A stretch of 64,000 bases of DNA from Candidatus Bathyarchaeota archaeon (GTDB taxonomy: Archaea; Thermoproteota; Bathyarchaeia; Bathyarchaeales; Bathycorpusculaceae): assembly GCA_963806535.1 (NCBI GenBank), contig CAWDYC010000004.1, positions 523,896 to 587,895 of the forward strand, written 5' to 3'. The position numbers were made by a program, and so were the translations under genes. Below the pieces are notes generated by a model. The model had not been told where the DNA came from. It saw only the letters and a list, made by a program, of their open reading frames with translations, and made no database searches. Below are positions 1 through 10,623 of the stretch, one piece after another; positions within the stretch are counted from its first letter, which is position 1, and every line of letters starts with the position of its first letter.

Positions 1-57
1 CAACTTTACTGATTTTTGTAACTCAGGTTCTTCAACGTTTTTCTTAGCTTCCGCCAT
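1..57 (-). CDS. N-terminal fragment of a gene running off the window (MAEAKKNVEEPELQKSVKL...)
   Basis: ATG at 57 on the minus strand, open to the window edge; product unknown. Confidence 0.5.
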   Translation of the reverse strand, partial: MAEAKKNVEEPELQKSVKL

Positions 58-152
58 TTCAACGCCATCAAAATTTAGAGCACAATTATCGTATTAACTT
101 AACTTTAGCTTTTTGGTTATTGAGTTTCGGAATTTATTTTTGTTGTCTTTTT

Positions 153-310
153 CAAGAACTTTTTGATTTAGCGGCGATCTTAAGAGACCTTTTTGGTCCT
201 TTTTAGACTTTTTTGGACTTTATTCGACTCAACCTGCAAAGAAACAAGCTTCAATTCAAAAAAGCAGCCTAAAACACAAAGAACAAAAACAAGCACAAAA
301 CTATCAGTAA
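153..310 (+). repeat. Dispersed intergenic element copy A: 10-bp array (GACYTTTTTR-like units, 176-225) plus conserved core (226-310)
   Basis: Core GACTCAACCTGCAAA...AAAGCAGCCTAAAACACAAAGAACAAAA...GCACAAAA...TCAGTAA aligns by eye with copies at 4352, 21580 and 31638. Confidence 0.9.
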
Positions 311-415
311 CTAATTCGGTTATATCAAAAATCTTAAAACTAAACAAATTAAGTTTAATCGTTTATGGTATTCTAAAACAAATAAGAAGAAAAAATAGGG
401 TATGTTGGATTTATT

Positions 416-1230
416 TTACATGTTAGATGCGACTGTTGATAGGTCTGCTATGTCGATTTTGAAGTGGCCGCAGAAGTCCATTTTGGCGTCGTAGTTGCCC
501 CAGCCTGGCATGGCACCGTATGATCTTATGACTGCTGCTACGTCTGCTCTGGTTACTGCATTGGTTGTTGTGTCATCAGTTACTTTGAATGGGATTAAAC
601 TGAACTTGTTTTTGCACTGATGTGGAAAACTGAGCCAGTCAATGGGTCTATTCTATTTATTGATAGGGTGAATTTGTTCCCGTTGTCTGTAACTTTGAGT
701 TCTCCATATGCTTTTTGAACCGAAGTGTCTATGTCTCGGTGAACATTTGTTATTTGTCCTTCATCGTTTGTGATAATTGTTACGTTGCTTACTACAGTGA
801 AGATATTCCATGTGCCGTTAAGGAAGTAGGTTGTGCCTGGTATGCTGGTGCTAAAAGTTGATACTGAACCATTCGCTAATCTCGCTTCATAGAAGACATA
901 AGTAAAGTTTTCTTTTGTTATCATTGCGCTGATTGGACGAGAAGTATTAGTTGTCCATATCGCAGTGGCTCATAGCTATCTGGTTTGTACTTAAATCTAC
1001 GCGTGCTGATGCTCCAGCTTGGGTTTGAAGAGCGCCATTTACGTGTTGTTGTTCCCCATTGGGTTATGACGCCGTTAATCCGTATGTAACTTCGCGTGGC
1101 GAGGGCGCTTGGCATGTTTGTTGCCGTGGCCGATGGGTTAGCCGTTGATGTTTGAGCAACTGCTAAACTGATGCTGCTTACAGCGAATAATGCTATGATA
1201 GCAATTACAATTGGTAATTTTTTTATTCAT
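416..1230 (-). CDS. Secreted protein with C-terminal dockerin-like domain (frameshifted in assembly)
   Basis: Signal peptide MNKKLPIVIAIIALFAVSSISLAVAQ; joins ORFs 921-1115 and 595-924; C-terminus VTRADVAAVIRSYGAMPGWGNYDAKMDFCGHFKIDIADLSTVASNM*. Confidence 0.7.
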
Positions 1231-1324
1231 TCTTCTATTCCTCTTTATTTTTCTTGAAAACCCCTTGTTAGTTTACGGATAAAAGCGTTTCTGGGCTTAT
1301 TTTTGTCAAATATGCTCTCTAACA

Positions 1325-1364
1325 GTTCATTTTTGTTCATTAGCGTTCATTCAAGTTTATTTAC
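1325..1364 (+). repeat. 10-bp-period array of GTTCAT-type units
   Basis: GTTCATTTTT GTTCATTAGC GTTCATTCAA GTTTATTTAC in the divergent intergenic region. Confidence 0.6.
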
Positions 1365-1534
1365 TGTTTTTCAACATAAATCACTTGTTTTACAGTCAAA
1401 TCAGAGCTTTCCATGGCTTACTTTCAATTCGCCCAACAAAAATAGACACAGACAACACAGAAAAGCGCGGGCAAATGAATTCATAATAAGTACAATAAAT
1501 TTATAATTCTTAAATAAGCTATAACTTATTTTTA

Positions 1535-2467
1535 ATGAGAACTAAAATGAAAGCATCGCCGCCTAGCCATTTGCTACGCCATCTGCATAATTCTATTTTT
1601 GCTTCTGCCACTTTATTCGGCAAATTGTCAAAACTATGCCGCATACTCAGTTCAAATAAACAGCGACGGGTCGGCATTATGGAAAATAACTATTTTCTCC
1701 GACATCAATGCAAGTGTAGACTCATTTAGTGATTTTCAAAATAAAGTTTTAAACCTCGTTGATTCCGCCTCAAACATAACCCACCGGACTATGACCGTTG
1801 ATGAAAATTCTATTCAGATAAATACAAACATATCGTCTCAATCCAAAACCACAGAATTCTCTTTTTTGTGGCAAAACTTTAGTGTAATTCAGGGAAGAGA
1901 CATACTTTTCGGAGATGTTTTCCAAGTTAATGGTTTTTTTACCCAACTTTATGGCGATGCTCAATTGCAGATAAATTATCCGTCAACTTTTAGCGTTAAA
2001 TCGGTTACTCCTACACCTTATCAACGTGATGATTCAGATAAAACATTGGATTGGGCTGGAACGCAGGACTTAGTTAGTCGCTAAAACAGAGATCATTTTA
2101 ACAAACATTTCATTGAATAATAACTTTAACCAACCCTACATAATTATTGCTGTTGTTGCGGTCGTTGTAGCAGCCTTAAGTTTTTCAGGTTTCTACATGT
2201 TCAAACGGCGTAAAAGCTTCGCTGGAAACCGCAATGGTTGCTCCCTCAGACTCCAAGGAGTTGGAAACTGAAGAAGGAAAAATCTTGAAACTTCTAAAGT
2301 CATCAAGTGGTAGCATGCATCAGTCAGCTATTGTGGAGCAATGCAGGTTTTCCAAGGCTAAGACGAGTCAATTGCTGACTGTTTTAGAGAAAAAGGGTAA
2401 CATAACAAGATATAAGAAGGGGAGAGATAAAATAGTGAACCTTACCGAACGGGCGAAAAGTGAATAA
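1535..2467 (+). CDS. Membrane-anchored protein: extracellular domain, TM helix and C-terminal winged HTH (frameshifted)
   Basis: Signal-like N-terminus; DUF4897-like domain (YSVQINSDGSALWKI); TM PYIIIAVVAVVVAALSFSGFYMFKRRK; wHTH MHQSAIVEQCRFSKAKTSQLLTVLEKKGNITRYKKGRDKIV. Confidence 0.75.
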
Positions 2468-2468
2468 A

Positions 2469-3233
2469 ATGGCAAACCCGATTAAGTTGAAGTCCAAAAA
2501 GATTTTAGCTGTTTTAGTTTGTACTTTGATTTCATTTTGCTTTATCTGTTCTGTTTCAGCACAAAGCACAACAGTTAACGCAACGCATCCACCACCCAAC
2601 CCGCTGTAGGCAGCACTTTAACAGTTACTCTTGCAATCTCAAATGTCCAAAACCTCTTCGGCATAGATGCTATTTTTCAATGGAACCCCTCAGTTCTTAG
2701 CCTCTCAAACGTAGCTCTAAATGTAGGAGACTCACAGTCCAATGGAGTTCTTCACGGAACAATAAATCATGATTACAATACTATCAGTGCAGGAGACATT
2801 TACGTTAACGAAACAAAGGTATCTGGAAGTTACGAGTCTGGTAGCTCAATCATTTGGTCATGGCACCCCTAGCTTTACAGGAAGCGGAACAATAGTGACC
2901 CTGACATTTAACGTTGTAAGCACGGGCTCAGCAGGATTAAGCTTAACGACAGAGCTTGCCGATCAAGCCATACCTGGGCAAAACTCTAATAACATTGATC
3001 ATCAAGATACAGCTAGCTCAGTAACCGCAGTTGCATCAGGATCTTCAAGTACTCCAACTTCATCGAGCACACCAACATCTTCAACGTCCACTCCAACCGT
3101 TCCAGAATTTCCAACCACAATCACAATAGCCCTGATCATTGCATTAGCAATAGCAATAGCTGCCACAATATTCACATGCAAAAAAAGTAAACAAAAAAAC
3201 AAAATTGACTCCAGCTTCGTTTCATTACTATAA
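2469..3233 (+). CDS. Cohesin-domain surface protein with PEF-CTERM-like anchor (frameshifted)
   Basis: Signal peptide; VGSTLTVTLAISNVQNLFGIDAIFQWNPSVL...GSGTIVTLTFNVVSTG cohesin pattern; S/T/P linker; VPEFP plus TM plus basic tail. Confidence 0.75.
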
Positions 3234-3407
3234 TAATTGACTAAAACAATCAATCACATTTTGCCAAACCCTTTATCTAAAAACTGCTTCAACTCAGTTC
3301 TCATTTAGAAACAAAACTGTAAAACCTGAAATTTATAAAGCGAAACACTTAAGTGCAAAGAATCTGTAGTTTTGTCTTGGAAATCAAAAACTAGGATGTA
3401 GAATCAA

Positions 3408-3979
3408 TTGGCTGTTGAAGGTTTTTTCGAAAACAAAAAGACACCAGTAGAAGCAAAAGTCGGCGACTTAACCCCACAATCTAAAGCGGTTAATGTTACG
3501 GCCAAAGTAGTATCCAAAACAGAAGTTCGTGAAATCCCAATGGGTCGAGACGGATCTGCACACAAAGTAAGTGATGCGCTCGTCGGAGACGAAACAGGTG
3601 TAGTTTACCTGACACTTTGGGATGACAACATTGAAAAAGTCAACGAAGGCGACACAATCCGCGTAGAAAACGGCTACGTTACACTGTTCAAAGGCAACAT
3701 ACGCTTAAACATCGGCAAATACGGCAAACTTGAACCCGCAAAAGAACCACTTGCAGTAGAAGTTAACACAGAAAACAACGTTTCAAGCAAAACATACGAG
3801 CAAGAACGAAGACCATTTAGAGGCGGCGGCAGAGGATTCGGTGGCGGCGGATACGGCGGCGGAAGAGACAGACGCGGTGGCGGCGGATATGGTGGTGGCG
3901 GCGCGGCGGTTACGGTGGCGGTCGAGATGGAGATCGTCGCGGTGGCGGCAGCGGCGGCGGTTACAGACCAAGATACTAA
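3408..3979 (+). CDS. ssb: Single-OB-fold single-stranded DNA-binding protein with RGG-rich tail (one indel in the tail)
   Basis: KVGDL...VNVTAKV...GDETG.V.LTLWD...I.VENGYVT.FKG OB fold; the tail continues in another frame to GGGYRPRY* at 3979. Confidence 0.85.
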
Positions 3980-4005
3980 GCTTCCAATCTGTAAAGTTTA
4001 GAACT

Positions 4006-4040
4006 CTTTTTTTTGCTTTTTTATCATTTTTAAGTTTTTT
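4006..4040 (+). terminator. T-rich archaeal terminator after ssb
   Basis: TTTTTTTTGCTTTTTTATCATTTTTAAGTTTTTT shortly after the stop codon. Confidence 0.5.
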
Positions 4041-4260
4041 CGAAATTGAGCATTTTTCTAAAAACGGTTTCAATTTTGGATTTTGCGGCCTGCTCTCTCT
4101 TTGAAAGACCTGTCTAAAGAATAACTTTTTTGGGGAAAGTAGCGGGCATGATTACTCACTTTTGATGCATTATAACGCTCTATGAAGTTAATGACACTCA
4201 GTGACAAACAAAGTCTCAATCTGCAAATACTTTAAACTTCACTTCTTGAAAGTTTACGGT

Positions 4261-4437
4261 AACCTTCGTCTTCCTTTTTCTTCCGTTTTTTTCCTTTTTC
4301 TTACATTTTCTTACAGATTCTCACAGATTTCTACATTTTGCTACATTTAAAGACGCAACCTGCAAACAAATTAAACTTTGAACCAAGAAAGCAACCCAAA
4401 ACACAAGCAACAAAACTGCACAAAAACCCATCAATAA
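4261..4437 (+). repeat. Dispersed intergenic element copy B: nine 10-bp units (4261-4350) plus core (4352-4437)
   Basis: TTCCTTTTTC/TTACATTTTC/TTACAGATTC/CTACATTTTG units, then GACGCAACCTGCAAA...AAAGCAACCCAAAACACAAGCAACAAAACTGCACAAAAACCCATCAATAA. Confidence 0.9.
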
Positions 4438-4515
4438 CAAAGTTCCTAAGTCCAGATTTTTCGTAATGGAAACTTTAAAATCTTCTGCGACGTCTGTTTT
4501 GGCTGAAACAGGAGA

Positions 4516-5905
4516 TTGGCTGGAATGGTTGCGGATAAATCTGAAGCTAAACCAACTGTAGAAGAGTTATTAGCGAAGGCAAAGAAACCGGCGCAGTTAT
4601 CGCCTCCAATGCATAAGTTTTATGAAGGAAAAATGCAGGTAATTCCAAAATGTGCCATCCGAAGTGTAGATGATTTTGCAATTTGGTATACTCCAGGCGT
4701 TGCCGCGCCATGCAGGATGATTCAAGCTGACCCAGACAAATCTTTCGAGCTTACTAACCGCTGGAATTATGTGGCGGTTGTTACTGACGGTACCCGTGTT
4801 TTAGGTTTAGGAGATATTGGTCCCGAAGCGGCCCTGCCTGTTATGGAGGGCAAAGCACTGATTTTCAAGTATTTAGGCGGTGTTGACGCATTTCCTATTT
4901 GTTTAAGAACCAAGGATCCTGATGAGATTGTTAAGATTTGTAAGGCTCTTGAGCCGTCTTTCGGAGGCATTAACCTTGAGGATATTGAGAAACCAAAATG
5001 TTTTCATGTTCTTGAGAGCGCTCGTGAACAACTAAATATTCCTGTTTGGCATGACGACCAGCAAGGAACCGCCACTGTAATCTTAGCTGGGTTAATTAAC
5101 GCTTTTAAAATTGTAGGAAAAAAACCACGCGAAAGTCTCATAACTTTGGTGGGTTCAGGAGCAGCTAATATTCGAACTGCATATGTGCTTATGAAATGGG
5201 GTGTTAAACCAGGCAACATAATACTTGCCGACAGCAAAGGAGTGGTTTACAAAGACAGAAAAGACATAACCAAAGAAGAAGACCCATGGAAATATGATGT
5301 CACCCAGAAAACTAACGCTGAAGGCAGAACAGGCGACGTTTCCGAAGCATTCAAAGGCGTAGATGCAGTGGTTGCAGCTTCAAAACCTGGTCCAAACACC
5401 ATAAAAAAAGAATGGATAAAAACAATGGCGCAAAACTCAATAATATTTGCTTGTGCTAACCCAATTCCTGAAATTTGGCCTTGGGATGCAGAAGAAGCAG
5501 GAGCACGAATCGTGGCAACGGGCAGAAGTGATTTTCCTAATCAGGTAAACAACAGTTTAGGCTTTCCAGGTATTTTCCGCGGAGTTCTCGATGTTAAAGC
5601 AAAAACTGTTACGGATGACATGTGTATAGCTGCTGCACAGGAACTTGCTGACTTATGCTGAAGAACGAGGAATCACCGAGAAAGATATTTTGCCGCGGAT
5701 GGATGAATGGGAGGTTTTTCCCAGGGAAGCTGTTGCTTGCGCATTAAAATCGATTGAACAAGGAGTAGCACGGGTGAAGCCCAGTCGAGACGAATTGTAT
5801 GAACGTGCATCTGCAATCATTAAGAATGCGCGGCAGTCAACTGAATTGTTAATGAAGCATGGTTTAATTAAGCCGCCGCCAAGTGAAGACAAACTTTTGA
5901 AATAG
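4516..5905 (+). CDS. mae: NAD(P)-dependent malic enzyme (indel near 5650)
   Basis: YTPGVA, VTDGTRVLGLGDIG, PVMEGK, GINLEDI, HDDQQGT, GSGAA, ANPIPEI, ATGRSDFPNQVNN. Confidence 0.93.
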
Positions 5906-5975
5906 TATTCACAAAATCGAATTTACTTAACCGAAAAATTGGCGTCTAAATCGATTGGACACAAAATAAAAAGAA

Positions 5976-6245
5976 TTAAAGAGGAGTTATTTTCACTATA
6001 TTTCTTTTTTCAAGTCTTCGCAGCGCGTCTAAGCACTCATCTTTTTTCTCGCCAGTAATGTTTAAGTTCTGCATTATGTCTTTGACTGAAACCTCGGCTT
6101 TTCCAAAGTTTTCATGCCTTTTATAGAGGTGTCGGACAATGGATTTTTCCAGCTTACCGCATCGCCAAGTAGTGTTACGGATCAAAACAACGATGGTTCG
6201 AACAAGTGTTTGCTCGTTAGATTTTCTTCCTCGTGAATCTCCCAT
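5976..6245 (-). CDS. Small hypothetical protein, possibly winged-helix
   Basis: ORF with ALRRLEKRNIVKI wHTH-like C-terminus; start uncertain. Confidence 0.55.
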   Translation of the reverse strand: MGDSRGRKSNEQTLVRTIVVLIRNTTWRCGKLEKSIVRHLYKRHENFGKAEVSVKDIMQNLNITGEKKDECLDALRRLEKRNIVKITPL

Positions 6246-6341
6246 CTCTCCCCACCAACAAAGGTAACCCGCGGCATAGGTTTTTAAACTGTTTGTTCCT
6301 CAGCGAAATAAGGGCTTTAATTTGGGCTTGGCTGGTTGCTG

Positions 6342-6791
6342 CTAGAGAGTTTTTTTAAGGTACAAACCGTGTGCTTTGCCATAGTACTTTTCTAGTCTGC
6401 TTATTTTTTGGTATCCACTATTTTGATAGAGTTTTAGTGCGGCTGAGTTGTCTTCACGGACTTCCAGGTGACATTCGCGTATGCCTTTTTGTTTAAGAAT
6501 AATTTCCATTTCTTGAAGCATTTTACTTGCTATGCCTTTTCGCCGATATGCTGATGCAACATTTATTGTTATAATGTGTCCAAACAACGTGTTATTTTCT
6601 ATTTCAACCTGTGTAATTATGAATCCAGCGATGTCATTGTTTGCTTTTGCAACTAATGCGATTGTATTGTAGTCAGTTAACAGGTAGGCTATTTGCCGTT
6701 TCGTGAATGCTTCTTGGTCAAAGCATTGCTCTTCAATTTCATACAATTTATCAAGCAGCTTTATGGATGCTGTTTCAATTTTTAGTTCCAT
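6342..6791 (-). CDS. rimI: RimI/Ard1-like GNAT N-acetyltransferase
   Basis: HIITINV...YRRKGIA, LEVREDNSAALKLY..GY, EKYY. Confidence 0.88.
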   Translation of the reverse strand: MELKIETASIKLLDKLYEIEEQCFDQEAFTKRQIAYLLTDYNTIALVAKANNDIAGFIITQVEIENNTLFGHIITINVASAYRRKGIASKMLQEMEIILKQKGIRECHLEVREDNSAALKLYQNSGYQKISRLEKYYGKAHGLYLKKTL

Positions 6792-6809
6792 TTTTTGCCT
6801 TAATAGCAA

Positions 6810-7889
6810 TTAGAGTGCAGGATTGATTTTAGTTTTTTCTATATTTGCTGTTGAAGAAATTGCTGGTTTTAGTTCAAGATATTGCTGTGCTGCAAATCCT
6901 ATGAAGAAACGGAACCATAAAGTTATGATTCTTGTCAGTATTGTGGCTGTGGCGGCTAAGGGTCCATATATGCCCATTGAAATGTAAAGAGTAGTCATTA
7001 CTGCTTCTGGAAGTCCAACTTCAAATGGTATGCCAATAGGTATTGCTTTGACTGCTAAGAATATCGCTGAAGTAATGATGATTATGCTCAATGAAACCGG
7101 ATGCCCAAGAGACATAAAAACAAGGTATGGGACGCTTAAGCTGAAAAACCATGAAACAAGCAAGTAAAATAGTGATCCAGATATGGCTTTTGGATTATGC
7201 CTGAACTCTGCCATTGCATCATGAAAGTGCTCCGTAATTTCTATTGCTTCTTCTTTTAATTTTTCAACTTTTATTCTGCCCATAGATATTTTGTGGGCTA
7301 AATTGGCAGCAACATTGATAACTTTTAAAGTCCATTTCGGCTTGAAACCTAAAATAATCATGAAGCTGATTATTGCTATTATTGCAGCGGCGACGAATAT
7401 GATTGCGTTGAAGACTAATTGGTTAACGTTTCCGCCGAAGTTAAGCAAGATTATCCCTGCAATTAAAGCAACAACGTTTAGTGCCATACCCATTAGCCTA
7501 TGAGTATAAAGTGATGCTACCACTTTTCCGAATGGTCCGCATTTGTCTCTTGTACAAAGATACGTTCGAGTTACTTCTCCGCTTATGGATTGTGCGGGAA
7601 CAATGGTGTCAACGTAGATTCCGTACCAAACGTAAAGGTAAGCTCGAAAAATAGATATTTTGATTGAAAGATGGTTGGTTAATACACGCCAAGAAAACGT
7701 GAAGAACAAGACTTCTAGCATGCCGAATATTATGGCAACTGCGTAGATGGTCGGGTCAGCACTTTTTGCCGTTGATAATATGCCTAAAATGTCTACATGA
7801 AATAGGTAAATGTACAAGAAGAAACCCAGTAAACCTAACAGTGGGAAAACGGCTGTCTTCCAACTTAGTTTTGGTCTTGGAGGCTGCAT
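6810..7889 (-). CDS. Flippase-like membrane protein (UPF0104 / LPG-synthase TM family)
   Basis: Multi-TM; P.QSISGE..R, P.GIP.EVGLPE, ATILTRIITLWF. Confidence 0.82.
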   Translation of the reverse strand: MQPPRPKLSWKTAVFPLLGLLGFFLYIYLFHVDILGILSTAKSADPTIYAVAIIFGMLEVLFFTFSWRVLTNHLSIKISIFRAYLYVWYGIYVDTIVPAQSISGEVTRTYLCTRDKCGPFGKVVASLYTHRLMGMALNVVALIAGIILLNFGGNVNQLVFNAIIFVAAAIIAIISFMIILGFKPKWTLKVINVAANLAHKISMGRIKVEKLKEEAIEITEHFHDAMAEFRHNPKAISGSLFYLLVSWFFSLSVPYLVFMSLGHPVSLSIIIITSAIFLAVKAIPIGIPFEVGLPEAVMTTLYISMGIYGPLAATATILTRIITLWFRFFIGFAAQQYLELKPAISSTANIEKTKINPAL

Positions 7890-8103
7890 TTTGTCTTCTT
7901 GCACCAGATATTGAACGGTGAGATGCATTTATTCGATTATATACTTTACCCAAATCCAAGCATACAACGGCAGAATAAACCTGAAATCCTTCGACTGAGG
8001 GTCTTACCAGAAGCTCGTTTATCTATTGTTTGAATAAGCATGTTAATTTGTTAGTAACCTTTTAATTTGCTTACAGCACTAAGCATAAAAAAGGTAACAA
8101 GAA

Positions 8104-9878
8104 TTGAACGACGAAGTTAAATGCTCAAAACCTGAATGCGACAAATTCACTGCAATTAACGAATTAGCGAAGCGTCGAGGATTTTTCTGGCCATCATTTG
8201 AGATTTATGGTGGCAGCGGCGGCTTTGTAACTTATGGTCCGCTTGGCACAAGACTGAAACAAAATATTGAGGCAAAACTAAGAGAGCTTTTTGTTAAAAA
8301 AATTGGTATTTACGAAATGGAATCATCCATAATAGCTCCTGGCAAAGTCTTCGAGGCGTCAGGTCACGTTGACCATTTTAAGGAGCCGATGGTTGAATGC
8401 CAAAACTGTCACACTCGTTTCCGAGCAGACCATTTGCTTGAAGAAAAAGGCATAAGCTCGGCTGAAGCAGAAAAAATGACTTTGCCAGAAATTAAAGAAG
8501 AGATTGAGCGTCACGGTGTTATTTGTCCTGACTGCGGCGGCAAATTCGGAGAACCCCAACGTTACTTAACCATGTTTGAAACAACAATTGGTCCTTACTC
8601 CGGCTCGGTTGGTTACGGCAGACCTGAAGCTGCGCAAAACATTTTCGTTGAATTCAATCGCCTCTACACTGCTGCTCGAGAGCGGCTTCCTTTTGGAGTT
8701 ATCGCAAATTGGTCATGCTTTGCGCAACGAGATTTCGCCAAGGCAAGGATTAATTCGTCTTAGAGAATTCACTATTTCAGATTTAGAGTTCTTCTTTGAT
8801 CCTGAAGAGCCTTGCTGCCGTTTTCTTTGTGAAGTGGAAAACGAAGTTTTACCGATTCTGCTATGTGAAACAAGACTCAAAGAATGCGAAGATACAACAG
8901 ATCTGACGGTTCGAGAAGCGCTTGATCGTAAAGTGATCCGTTCAGAGTGGCAAGCGTTTTTCATGGCAATGGCTAAAAAACTTTTAGTTGAACTTGGCGT
9001 GCCAGCGGAGAAGCAGCGGTTTCATTGAAAAGCTAACATGGGAAAAAGCTCATTACTCAAGCCAAAGCTTCGACCAAGAAGTCCTAGTTGACCGCTGGGG
9101 CTGGGTAGAAGTCTCTGGACATGCATACCGCACAGACTACGATTTATCCTGCCATATGAAAGCCAGCGGCGTTGACATGACTGTTTACAAAGAATACGCT
9201 AATCCAGTGGAAAAAGAAGAATTGGTTGTTAAGCCAATTATGGCTAAGCTTGGTCCAGTGTACAAGGGTGAAGCCGCAAAAGTAGCTGCGCTGCTAGCGA
9301 AGGTTCCTGCGCAGGAAGTTGCCGACGCCATGCAAAAACAAGGTTCATTTATGGTTGACAAATATGAAATTAAATCTGACCAAGTGGATATTAGCCGCCA
9401 AAAAACTATTGTTCGAGGCACCCGTTTCGTTCCTCACGTTGTGGAGCCCAGTTTCGGTTCTGACAGGCTCTTTTACGTGGCATTAGAGTACGCTTACGGC
9501 ATCAAAGATGATCGTGTTGTCATGAGTTTTCCACGAAGCATCGCGCCGATTCAGGTTGGAGTTTACCCGTTGATGAGTAAAGACGGCTTAGACACCAAAG
9601 CAGTGGAAGTGCATAAGATGTTGGCATGCGAGGGCTTCATGGTTGAACTTGACGAAACAGGCTCAATCGGCAGACGATATGCAAGAGCTGACGAGGCAGG
9701 CGTACAATTAGGATTAACCATAGATTATGAAACATTAGAAAAGGACACAGTAACCATACGAGACCGTGATAGTTGGCTCCAAGTTCGAACAGCAATCAAA
9801 GACCTACCGCAACTATTACACAGCTACTTTGAAGAAAAAATTAATTTCAAAGATTTAGGAACATTAATTGAAAGTTAA
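8104..9878 (+). CDS. glyS: Glycine--tRNA ligase, archaeal/eukaryal alpha2 type (two indels)
   Basis: RRGFFWPSFEIYGG, SGHVDHF, RPEAAQ, RNEISPRQGLIRLREF, PHVVEPSFG.DR, GSIGRRYARADE. Confidence 0.95.
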
Positions 9879-9951
9879 GAGTTACCTTTTTTAATAAACA
9901 CTTGTTAAGTAACAATGTTAAATTAGGGATAATTGTCGGCGGGGAAACAGA

Positions 9952-10612
9952 ATGGTACTTCCATCAGAAACAGAAGAACGCGTTAAGAGACGAGCTTTAA
10001 ACGCTTGCAACGATAACCTGCGCAAAGTCGTAGATGTATCCAGAAAAATCCCTCAACTTGTTGAGTATTTTGCAAGCGGAGATAAAGAAAACGCAAGAAA
10101 ACTCTTAAGCGAAATCAGAACAGGTGAAGAAGAAGTTGTCAAGGCAAGACGCATGGTTTCTCAAGAACTAGCTGAAATAGGCGCTATTCTGATTGCCCGA
10201 GAAGACTTTTTACGATTCACGAATTTGTCAAGTGAAATAGCTGATTTCTCAGAAGGAATAGCTTACTACATAGTTGAAATAATGGAGCATAACTGGGTTA
10301 TTTCATCTGATGTCAAAAAAGACTTGCTTAAACTTTCCGTGGCTGTCTTAGACACCGTTCTGAAACTCAGAGAAACCATGATGGTTCTAAACTATGGCTC
10401 ACAAAAAACCTTAGAAAAAGCAAAAGACGTTGAAATCGCTGAGCGCATAGTAGACGACCAGTACCGAGCATTAACTATAAAAGTTCTCAACGGCAAACTT
10501 GACGTTTCAGTTCTGCTGCTTCTTAAGAGATATCCTTCAATTGCTTGAAAACTCCGCTGACAAAGCAGAAGACGCAGCTGACGCCGCACGAATGCTGTCG
10601 TTCATCATGTAA
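9952..10612 (+). CDS. DUF47/PhoU-like protein (indel near the C-terminus)
   Basis: REDFLR, ERIVDD.YR, continuing LENSADKAEDAAD in the next frame. Confidence 0.8.
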
Positions 10613-10623
10613 GAGCGACTTCC

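Noticed and set aside
176-235. 10-bp arrays as CRISPR or mini-CRISPR
   Set aside because: Units are contiguous 10-mers with no 25-45 bp repeats or unique spacers, and there is no cas1/cas2
193-426. 77-aa ORF over repeat copy A, or a peptide encoded by the repeat family
   Set aside because: The equivalent frame has a stop ten codons into the core in copies B, C and D; the hydrophobic reverse-strand peptide of copy B is interrupted in copy C
3820-3962. GC-rich GGC/GGT tandem repeat as a non-coding repeat or RNA gene
   Set aside because: It is the Gly-rich coding tail of SSB
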